Source of the DNA: Paecilomyces variotii
Taxonomy: Eukaryota
Assembly: GCA_004022145.1 (NCBI GenBank)
Contig: RCNU01000005.1
Direction: 5' to 3' (one strand)
DNA length: 64,000 nt
Part shown: in pieces, positions 25,039 through 35,635 of the stretch
Layout: every line of letters begins with the position of its first letter
Numbering within the stretch: position 1 is the stretch's first letter
The notes under the pieces: generated by a model
Database searches by the model: none
Told to the model about the DNA's origin: nothing
Seen by the model: the letters and a program-made list of their open reading frames with translations, nothing else
Program-made: the position numbers and the translations under genes

Positions 25039-25940
25039 GATGGACATATTATCTCTATTGAATAAAGACGATGATCGCAATCCTTTCAACCCTCCCTCTA
25101 CCAGCCAGCAACGGCCGACCAGTAAGAGGAGGGATGCATTTCAGGGATGCAATCATGGCGTTTTCCCATCGTACCATACAAGTCTAGTGTCCCAAAGCGT
25201 GGCATCCATGCCTTCATCAGTACTATCTGATGTCAATTGGTCAGAGGCGTCTCGTGTTGCTGTTTTGTCTGAAATGCCCCGCCGATCTACCACAACGAGC
25301 AATGTGTGCGCAGTACATTCAAGGTGGTGGATCTCAGGAGTAACCTGCCGTCCCGCGGATGATGCTGCCATTATCTATCTATCTGAATCTATCCGGGGAT
25401 CTCCTAGAATAGCTATCCAGCTGGCTTTAGGACGAGGTTATAGGTTCACAGTCAGGAGAAGAGACATGCTGCATGGATATCAACCAGAAAGGTCCTGCTT
25501 GAACTGCCACTATGTGGAATACAACTTGAGGAGGGCAAGGTAGCAGTTAGTCAGCCATGCAACCCAGAGACCCTAAATGCTAACTATCGAGCAGATATCA
25601 AGGGTCCTCATTGAACACTACTCGGAAGGGGCTTGGCCCGAAGGCCTCCATTATCATTCCTCCGCCACGACAAGTTCGGCTTGGGGACACATTCTACTTT
25701 CCTCTGGTTCTCCAGGCTCGTGAAGATACTATTGAGTTGTCTGCGAGGCTGAAGATTGATGATATCGATTCCTCCTTGGACTTTAGCAAGACCCTGATAT
25801 TCCAAAAAACTTTCTTCCTTTTGACTCCTCTGGTGTTAAACCGAGCGGGGATTTGGAGCATCGTAATCTGCATTCAGAGTCAGGCTGAATCATTTTTCAT
25901 GAGTTTCGACGTTCATGTTGTGAATTTCAGCCCTGTGTAG
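25039..25940 (+). CDS. Hypothetical protein, probably two exons
   Basis: Adjacent same-strand ORFs (MDILSLLN..; ..IIIPPPRQVRLGDTFYFPLVL..) separated by a GT..GCTAAC..CAG intron-like segment near 25540-25594. Confidence 0.45.
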
Positions 25941-25962
25941 TACAGTACAACACAGCCTCTAG

Positions 25963-27458
25963 GACATGGCGTGATTTGGGGTGTTATGCGAGGGAGGTCC
26001 TAACGGTTCAAAATACTCGTCGTTTTACGCTAGGCTTTACATTATGTGAGCCCAACATGCGACTCTGGGAGTTCGACCGTGTCGGGGCAATGGCGTCGTC
26101 CTCTTTCGACATCAACAAGGATGGGCTCCAATTTGTTTCGGCCATGCTGGGTTTTCTTACGATGAACGATGAACAGTTAGGGTATGACCCAAGCATCATT
26201 TCTACATCTGACGAAAAAAAAGCTACATTGAGATTCAACGCGATGGACATTGCGAGCGTCTTATCCTTGAAGGGCTGATGAAGAGATCTGCATGCGTTGC
26301 TGGCAGAGCTACAACTTGCTGGAAAGCCCGTCGCGAAGGAGACAAGACAAATTCACCACTTGTTATCAAAGATTAATGGCAATATCCAAAGAGAGAAGGA
26401 GAGTGGAAACTTTTACAGGAAGCGACGGAGAAAGAGGTGGTTAATGTAACCAGATATTACTATCATGAACCGTTCGGGTGAATAGAGAAATCGACAATAT
26501 TCGCAACAATGTTCGGAAGAAGTTAGATGTAACGGAGTCCACGAACTTTTGACCAATGCGATATGAGCTGCTCTCAGCTGCAAGTGGCACAGCGGGAATA
26601 GAAAGAGCCGGTCGCTCCACAAGCACGACCAGCCAGAAAAGGTCATCTAGCCAAGCCGACGCAATACTACCGCCAAAGAAACGCCCTTGCCCAAGCTCGC
26701 CTTCCAAAGGTGTGCGTGATGCCAATATACAGGATAGGGTACATCGTCGATTTATTGTCGAAGATTATGACATACCCATATATAGAGCAAGCTCACGCGT
26801 CTCGCTACTACATGCACTTGAGAATTGCATAGAAGGTATGAGTTTTGTTCATGTGCTATAGTTCATCACTAATTATTGAAGGATATCAATCTTTGCATAT
26901 GAAAGCAGGGCTTTTACAGGGTGACATCTCGACTGGCAACCTGATCTTGAATGAAGACGTAGGGAATCCGTCATGGTCAGCGTTCCTCATCGACCTGGAT
27001 CTATCTATCGAGGAGCAACGAGAACGAGCATCTGGAGCTAGAGGGAAGACAGGAACGAGGGCATTCATGGCAATAGGTCTACTTCTGGGAGAGCAACATT
27101 TATTCAGGCATGACCTCGAATCTTTCTTTTGGGTACTCTTCTGGATATGTATTCACTACAACGGTCCAGACCAAGGGGTTGGGCCAACTGACTTAGATTG
27201 TTGGAACTATGAGGATGATGGAAAGCTGGCTCGATCTAAGCAAGGTATAGTTGCTGGCGAAGAGGATTTTCTTAAAATTGCAAGTGAACTGTTCTCACCA
27301 TACTATCAAGCATTGGTTCCTTGGGTCAATAGGTTACGCTGAGTGGTACAGTATTCCCGGGGGGTATGCGGAGAAAGAATGACGATACGCATCTTTATGG
27401 TCAGATGAAAAATACCCTTCAGGAAGCGGTTAGTGATCCGAAAGTGTTAGCACCATAG
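25963..27458 (+). pseudogene. Fungal-type protein kinase (FunK1 / Pkinase_fungal) pseudogene, 5'-truncated
   Basis: RRFTLGFTLC..MRLWEFDRVG, LGYDPSI, VAGRATTCWKA, LVIKD*WQYP (stop at 26374), LLQGDISTGNL, FLIDLDLS, TGTRAFMAIGLL, HDLESFFWVLFWICI. Frameshift at an A-run near 26215. Confidence 0.88.
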
Positions 27459-28325
27459 GTAATATTTAATCAGCGAGGCATTATCATTTAGTAAAATAAT
27501 ACAGTTTTAACATTTTCATATTCAGATAGAATCAATGTGCTAGCTTATCAGCTTCTTTTCCATAAGCAATGTCCGTACTACTGCTGAACATTTTCTTAGT
27601 CATTCGAAAAACCCAGTGCTCAACCAAGCCACTAACTAACCTTTAAAGAGGACGCTAGATGTGTCAAAAGTTAGGCTTGACAATACCCATACACAGTATC
27701 TAGAAAACGTAATACAACCCGTAACAGAAATTTACAACCTGTATTTTTGGCACGTGAATTTCTTGTAACGTAATGCATGTTTTGTGGCGGTGCAATATTT
27801 TGTATTGGGAGGAAATATTATATACTGTAATATATTCATGTAAAGCATTCAGTCAAATGTGTTTCACTCCATTATGAAGTTGGTATCCAATGGAATCTTA
27901 CTTTACTCATAGGCCAGGTCAGATCCCATAGATTAAACAGTGTCATTTTTTATATGTACAGTATATTGGCCCGTCTTACTGGACTGTGTTATGCTTCCTA
28001 TTATTCCTTAGGCACTAGCTGTTTAAGTGCCTCGATTCTAACGCACCTGTTCGTGCTTCAGAGTACTTATCACGCATAGAGCATTAGCGCTTTCCCTTAG
28101 CATTATTTCAACTCTTTTCAAGCCCAGGGGAGAGTTCGGTGTCAATGTTATTGTATCTGCTTTCAGTTACTCAATACGTCTCCATTAGCAAAGCAAAACT
28201 TTATATACTAGGCGACAACTCTAGCGGCCACCAACACTACAAATCTTGTAAATGAAACTTGGTTTAAACAGCAAGCTTGTTCACCTATAAAGGTAATTAT
28301 ATACAATCTATCCATTTATATACTC

Positions 28326-31300
28326 TCACATAGGCTTCAATCGGGTCGAACGCCGCGATGGCGGTCGTATGACGGACCAACGTTTCCGAAGGGAAATCGC
28401 AGACCGAGCTGGGAATCGCTTTTGAAAGGCTGACGTTACCGCTTCGAGAGTCGCCAACTTCCGCATGAGTGTCTTCAGTAACTTGTCCTCTTCTTGACTG
28501 TAAGGCCTAGTTTTCCGACCTGAGGTTTGGAAGTCCGTAGATCTCTGGCAAGCCTTGGCCGCTTGCTCCTTAGCTTTAGCTCTTGTTATAGGCCCTGTTA
28601 GTCCCACGGCCTCCTTTATCCTGTCTTCGATAACATGCATATCTGAAGAGCTTTGCGTTGTGAAATCCGCTTCCTCTATTAGCTTCGATTCGTAGTTTGT
28701 CAAACTTAGTGCTGGCTTATCGTTCAGAGAAGTCGGAGACGGTGGAGCGTGTTCAATGGTTATGTTGTCCGTCTCTGGTACAGCCACACCTTGAGAATCC
28801 ACACCTCCTAGGGCTAGGTCTGCGAAGGGCTGTTGAAGCGGAGTATTACCCTCGATCTTCTCAGTAGCATAGTTGCTTTCCACATGCACCCCTGGACTGC
28901 GTGCATAGGGCTGTTCAGTTTCCTCACCCGGCTGGCACAAGAGAGCAGACGGCGTCTCTAGAATTCGTGGGTCGATGGGAACCACACCGAAAGTGGAGCT
29001 TGTTATTGAAGGGCTTGAGCAGCCGCTCAAGCCATCGGTACGATCAGGTGTGTCAAATGTGGCCGATCGAGCCTTCTGGCTGTTTTGGCTTACAACAGGC
29101 AAATCCAAGTTCCGGCAGTCAATAACGGCTTGCCAAGCCATTCCTTTAAGGCTCTCTTGATCCTTATCTTTCTCCTGAGCAGGGACAGACGTGATAGCCC
29201 TCGGACGCATTGCGGGGGGTTCCCAGAAAGTAATCTTCAGTTCTTTCGTATTAGTAGATGATGGTACGGAAGGTTTTTTGCCTTGCTTGCGCGGGCGTTT
29301 CTGCTGCATACAATGATCTCTGTCTGAAGTAGACTCCTCGTCCTGCATCGAGGACAATCGTTTCTTGTAGGCCTTCTTGGATCGCACACAAATGGTTTTG
29401 TGGTAATGGTGCACATCGCGAAGGTGTCGGCGGTAGTCCTGTTCCTCGGTAGCAATGTGGTTACAGGAAGGGTCAGCGCATTCCGATGGCCATGATTTCC
29501 GATCAACATGCTCCTCAAGATGCTCTCTCAGCTCTGGGCTTCGGTCAAAAGCTCTCATCCTGCAGGCCGCAGGAAGCCGGTCATCCCACATGCATTCAAT
29601 ACAGTATCCGGCACGGATGGTGGTATGGCGATACACCATCACCTCGTAGTGTTGGCTGGTCATCGAGGGGAGGTGTCCCGCACAATGCTCCTCAAACTCA
29701 GCACTCTTTCCATCATGGAAGGTGTAGCATTCCCAGCAATACTTGATCTGTTGAAGAGGAATGTGCAAGTTTCGAGCAGATTCTCGTTGAATACAAGAAT
29801 GGATGTGCCTGCTCCGCAAGGGCTTTTCCATGCTGTGGCATGTTAGTGGAGGATCAATATAGGGAAACAGTGGGCGGCTCACGGTTCCAATAATTTACGA
29901 CAGCTAGCAACGGGGCATCGCTTTTCCACAGGCTCCTCGCCCGGACGATAGACCACGTCAAAATCACGAAGACATTGGGTAAAGAGATCCTTCACCACAC
30001 TGGCTTTTTCGTCAAAAGAAAGTGGCTCGTTGGATGACATGACCGCCGCTAAACGGCCTAATTCAGGCATGAGCTTGCACAGCGCCTGCTTTTCTGCACT
30101 CTGCTCAATATGATCCGGGCGTTCGCGGCCCCTGGTCAGGATTTTCCAGTCCCGACGACTCTGGACCCATTGACTCTGGTATTTCTGCAACCTGCTCGAA
30201 GAGATCCTTCTCTTAAGGACGCTATATTCGCGCTTTGCTCTTCTGATGTCATCATCTGACTGTGCTTGCTGAATTTTCGCGGCTTTGGCGACCAAACACG
30301 GGTCTTCATCGACCTTCTCTTCCTCTTCTGTAGGTAACCGGCGAGGGAGGCCATTCTCGTGAAATCGGTCGTAGCCTTGAAAGTAGTCAATGTGAGTATG
30401 ATCTGCGGCTCGGCCTCGTAGAGCATTGAACACATCCACGCCGGAACAGTTGGCAAGATAGTCATTTCCGTACGTAGCTTTAGACCTATGCGTAAGAATT
30501 TGAGCCACGAGAGCCGAGGAGTATTTATCTGCGCGATAATTTAGCTAAGCTCTCATATCAGGTGAAAGAAAAGCATGAACCAACCTTGGACAGCTTTTCC
30601 TAGCTCGCGGCGCATCGCATGTACCGTTGCAGTAACAAAGTAGCCAGCATTGACAAGGATATTACGTAGACCCTCTTGATATCTCTCCTTAGTCAACGGC
30701 TCCTCACTAACCTTTTCGGCTGTGACGCGCCTTACAATACATCGGTCTTTGGCTTCATCATTCCATCTAAGGACCAGTTCGTCTTCTCCTTCGGGGATTC
30801 TTTGCTCAAAAATCTCCTCTGGCTTGGAGAACCCAAAGAGAGCATTATCTGCAAGAGCTAGTGCTAGGAGGAACAAGGCTCCTGAGTAGATAGGTTCATT
30901 GCAGTCCCAAATAGCAGTACCAAAGCTGTTCTCGTTAATGACCATTCCAAAGCTGGTGATGGTGATAGCTACATACACTGTATTCTCGGGGTCTTTGTTG
31001 TTCTTGACATACTGTTGGTCAAGCCGCCATCCGACCCTCCAAGGAGCATCATCGGTACGAAACAATACAAGCTCAATATTCTGGCTACTGTCAGCATTTG
31101 GAAGCTGAAGTGCAGGCATATTGGAATCCGTACTTTGTAACGAAGCCCCCGTCCGGCTCTGTCTGCTGATGCAGGTGTGAAAGAGGACACTCTGGCACCC
31201 GTGCATAGGAACTGAAGAGTAATGAAGTGAAATTGGACACGATACCTTCCAGGCATGAAGAATGGATCATCTGTTGCCCAGAAAGCGATCATGGCTCGCT

Positions 31301-31915
31301 CAAAGCTCGAAAGCTTGAAAGTGTGCTTCGGCCTTTTGATCACTGATAGGAACCCCTCTTGAACTAGATCATGCTCTATCCACTGCAATGATCAGATACA
31401 TGGCCCTCGAAAGGTGAATCTAACTCACGCTGTAGAGATCGGCCCGGTCATGGGGGGAAATCTCGTTCCCTGTCAGAAAATAGAAGCCTGGGACGAACTC
31501 TTGAGCCCAAATCAAAGTCGTGTCCTTGGTCGGTCGTCCATTTGGAGCAAGTCTGCCGTTAGTAGACTCAACATGCCACCGGATAAACTCTTTGAGTTCC
31601 TCTAGTGTTGGCGCCGGATGCCCATCTCCAACCTTATGGTCTTCAGGCATATCTTTCTCCTCCTGAAGAAATCTAACGAAGTCATGGTGAGAAGAACGAC
31701 TCCCTCTTAGAGTATATAGAAACTTACTCCTCATACCTCCGCACTTTCCCTGCATATCTCTTTTTCGTTTTTGGCGAAGCTCTACCCCTTGTCCTTTGGG
31801 CATCTTTCTGTTGATGAGCTTTCGCCTCATAGCCTCGCTGTTTACGGAGTTCACGGCGAGCTTTTCTTTTCTTTTCATCCTGCTCGGCCTTCAATGAAGA
31901 AGAGCGTATAGCCAT
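28326..31915 (-). CDS. Starship captain: DUF3435 tyrosine recombinase with C2H2-like zinc fingers and a C-terminal Myb/SANT-like domain (about 7 exons, roughly 1,090 aa)
   Basis: Candidate catalytic residues in order: CTGAR (R), YVKNNKD (K), TVHAMRR (HxxR), QILTH (H), GNDY (Y). Also FLLALALADNAL and VVYRPGEEP..CPV. Canonical introns (e.g. 31727-31673, 29882-29833) join the ORFs in frame. Confidence 0.92.
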
Positions 31916-32475
31916 TATCAACCGCTGAAATGTAGCTAAATAAATGAGTTTAGAAAGAGTACGAGAGAAACGATTGTAGAAGGCTGATGGGAAATGAGAT
32001 GAAAGTGAAATTGTCCTGGGCGAGTAGGGCATATTTATATTCGCAATTGAAGTGCGATACCTTTAGTTCCTTTTTAGCAATGACCCCTCATCACTTGCGC
32101 CAAATGCTGATCGAAGCTTCTTAGTGTCAGACATAGTGTGCGGTGACTGAAAAAGATTCCAGCTCTTGTCTTCGTGATGCCCTCAGATACATGCGGGTTG
32201 GATAGACTGGATCAATTAGTTTGTACACGGTTTAGAGAGCTTCTGTTGGTCACGTGAGTGATGACACAGAGAGGACTGGCATTGCCCCGGGATCACTCAC
32301 TGAGTTGAGCCAAAGCAATCCGGGAGCGACCGGAGCTGCGGTGCGTGCTCACTGAGCAATCAGTGAGTGGCCCGGAGCGAACACGGAGCACTCACGTGCT
32401 GCCCTCACAAAAGCGGCGGCATCCGAATCGGGTAACAGGACCCAACTCGCAGCAAAACAGTTCACTTATACACTA

Positions 32476-33246
32476 GTAAATGATGGATTACAAGCTCGCC
32501 AGGCGCTTCTTCCAAACAGCTCCGTATCGCCGCGGTTGGATACCATCAGGCTTCCAAATGTCGATCTTATCAGTCCCGAATTCGTTGATTCAATCATCAA
32601 ACACCATATCCCGCCTGGGGGTTTACAACTTCGAGATGCTACAGACAGCTCTGCTGCGAAGCTTTTGATGACCCCGATGCGGGATGCGGACATCAGAGGG
32701 CCGGCACTACGAGATGCTCATTCCAAAGCTGGCTCTTACCTAGCCTGGAGATTTCTGGCCGACCTCATTGGTCTTGAGGAAGTCACTATCCGCCATGTTC
32801 AAGGCAACAACACCATAGGTCACCGACTCCGTGGAGAAGAGAAGACGCTGATTGTGGCGTTGATGCGCGGCGGCGAGTCCATGGCTTTCGGCATCAACGA
32901 AGTCTTCCCGAAAGCTCAATTCTTGCATGCCAAAGAGCCGAATGATATCAAGCGACACCATCTGGAGGACAACGTAACCGTTATTCTGGTCGACTCTGTC
33001 ATTAACAATGGCAATACAGTTGTGAAGTTCGTGGAGTCCATCCGAGCCATCCATGCAATGATTCGCATCTTTGTTGTTGCTGGTGTAGTCCAGGACAAGG
33101 CAGTCTCGGGGTGTGGTCCCCTCAAGGCACTTGCGCGGACTGCTGAAATTACAGTGGTAGCTCTTCGACTTTCTAAGAACAAGTACACGGGTAGCGGTGG
33201 AACTGATACAGGCAATCGCTTGTTCAACACGGCTTACTTACCCTGA
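32476..33246 (+). pseudogene. 3' remnant of a uracil phosphoribosyltransferase-domain gene, 5'-truncated at the Starship junction
   Basis: LIVALMRGGESMAFG, VILVDSVINNG (PRPP-binding loop), GGTDTGNRLFNT. The frame extends upstream through NDGLQARQALLP with no in-frame ATG between the junction and the ORF's TTG start. Confidence 0.75.
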
Positions 33247-33329
33247 AGCTAGTATGGACGACTTATGTTTGTTGCTTCAGTGCTTGGGGATGAACTTTTC
33301 TGTCGTGTTTTGAGAAAGGATGATTGTTC

Positions 33330-33383
33330 AAGTACGGCTGAGCGGATGGGAGGTCCTATTTTCCACATCCTATGGTTGTATGT
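33330..33383 (-). pseudogene. 5' half (nt 1-54) of a 5S rRNA gene
   Basis: Aligns without gaps to the first 54 nt of the intact 5S copies in this window with 6 mismatches, all transitions. Similarity stops after ..CCGTACTT. Confidence 0.88.
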
Positions 33384-35635
33384 GGTGGATATCTCCTTGA
33401 AAAGAAATATACTCCACAAGATAGCTAAAGATCTAGTCTAATTTCTCAGCCGTCTCCGTAGGATGAGCTGTCTTTGTAGCTAGTTATCTCATGGAACACG
33501 CGAGGAGGCATCGGCATCTACAGTATTTGAATAAATGTCTAACCGAAAAACAAAGGCCATGTGTGCCATCTCTCTTTAGTCTTCTCATGAATAGCTATCC
33601 TTAGGAATCGAGTCAGTTTCTTCGATCAGAGCACCTCACATGTATAGTTCAGCTTTGTAACTGAAAAATACAGAAAGAATAAGTGAAGTTAACATAGACA
33701 TATTAGCAACTAAAGCAATATAACAGCCCAAATAGTTACCTCACTGAATCTCAATTGGCTAAGACAGTAGGGCTTATGAGACGGTTATTCCTATAGTTTA
33801 AGAGCCTCGATTGAGAATAGTCATTATCAATACCGCTATAATATGAGTTGTTTCACACCATCAATGATATATAACAAGACCCTCATGCAATCCTTCCAAG
33901 TTAAACCGTCTTCACATTACTTCGGTTCAAAAAAGCATACTCCGTCGTATAATCTTTGAGGCGACCTCTAGTTTGTTCCCTTCTTTGCTTCTTCCCTCTC
34001 AATTCCAAGCCAGACGAGCTCTGTAATATCCTGGAGCAACATATCTTTAATAAAGCCAAAATCGCCCTCTCCTTCTCCTGGTTTAGTCAAAAGCAAAGAT
34101 TCGAATGGGATAATTAAATCCCCGGTGTCATCTTGACTTCATGGCCGTTGACATAGTAACTGAGACGGTCTGCGTTGCTCCAGTTACAATATGCCTCCAC
34201 CGTCATAGTTGGTTCTTGGCCGTGTTCCCCTTTTCTGCTCAAACCCCTCTGCGCAATGGGGTGGTAAGTTTTGGTTGCAACATCTGTCTATAACCTAGCG
34301 TTGATGTGCAGTGATATACACATGCAGTGGGCATGGTCTCGCATGAACCCAAGATTTGATTTCGATATTTCCAGAACCTCGTTTGATATCAATTGTGATA
34401 CCCATTCTCATCCGTCCTGATTCTTGTAATTACCAAGTAATGTCTCTTTCCAGTTGTGCAGCTAGCTGTGGAATGATCAACTTCTAGAGCTACCGTTGGA
34501 AATTGTCCTTCTTGCCGTACTGGCATCCATGCCCGATCCGCTTGTTTTTTTCCGGTCACAACCATCGATGCGGGTGGCTCCTATGAAGCAGGTTCGACCT
34601 TTGACATTCATTTGAGCGGCAAGAACTGCAAGCATGGCATCGAATTCGCCAGCAGCTTGTTCGTGAGGCATTTCTAGGACTGCAGGTGGAAAGGTAAAAA
34701 AGCCAAATCCGGAATAGTTTTTCTAGAGGGAGATATAAAGCTCACATTACTCTTTATCAACAGGACGAAACGAAGCCCCTTTCGAGGGCACGCAAGAATG
34801 TCTGGTAGAATGAAAAGAGAAGAAAAATCCTCCAGGTCCTGGAGGAGTTCTTATTCCTCCGTATTCTCGCCGTATTCACACAAATTTGAGGAGTCTCCGG
34901 AGGGGAATTAGCATCCATCCGCCTACAGCTATTCATTCCCTGGGCAAAATAGTGAATGTGTATGCGGAAAAGCGGACTGTTATAGGTGCCTACCCGGCAT
35001 GCTGCAAGGCGATCTGTATCTCCAAGTCAGGTACCCGAAACAACAGGTATGCAGTCCTACTGGCAGGAAACCAGCAAACGATCCGTAAAGTGGTTTCGTC
35101 AAAGGAGATGCGCGGCAGGTTGAGATGTGTTTTAGAAGTATCTGACTTTTCAACTCTTCAGCCGGGCATTGGTTAACGTAATCCAGTTCATAGCATTGTA
35201 AAGTTCGGAAGCTTTCCTCGTGCCCGCAGTACTTGCAAGTTGTTGTATTGCTGACTCGAGAGTCAATGCGGGATATCACGTTGGAACTCTTGTTCACTAA
35301 CATGTTTCCTAAATGTTGGTCTTCCTCGCAGTTCTGGTAATGTGGCAATATCCCCTTTCCTCTTACTATCTAGCATCTTAGTATCCAGGATAGGTCCCTA
35401 CTTCGAGTTGGACAGGCAGCATGTTAGCGGCGTGGTATCGATAAATCCGCTTATCATTGCCTCGACTTCTCAGCGTCACCACAACATAGGCTAGACTCTT
35501 TGTCTGCATGAAAGCTATTGTAGAGTACTCTGTCATTCCCAGGTATTTTTTTTTTCTTTTTTACAGAGACAATAGGAAATACAGCACTAGACTGATTCCC
35601 CGAGAAGACCCCTAAACGTGAGCAACTGTATCCAT

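Larger units (their letters stand above)
1..32479 (-). mobile_element. Starship giant transposon, captain-proximal arm; continues beyond the left edge of the window
   Basis: A DUF3435-type recombinase is the first gene, ~560 bp inside an abrupt junction, and points into the element. Downstream cargo includes DUF3723 and ferric reductase, both recurrent Starship auxiliary genes, plus many pseudogenes and MITEs. The junction coincides with GTAA (TTAC on minus) where UPRTase-like coding begins abruptly. Confidence 0.85.

Noticed and set aside
33900-35500. Short ORFs between the half 5S and the NLR
   Set aside because: No coherent gene model or motif beyond an isolated CxxC.
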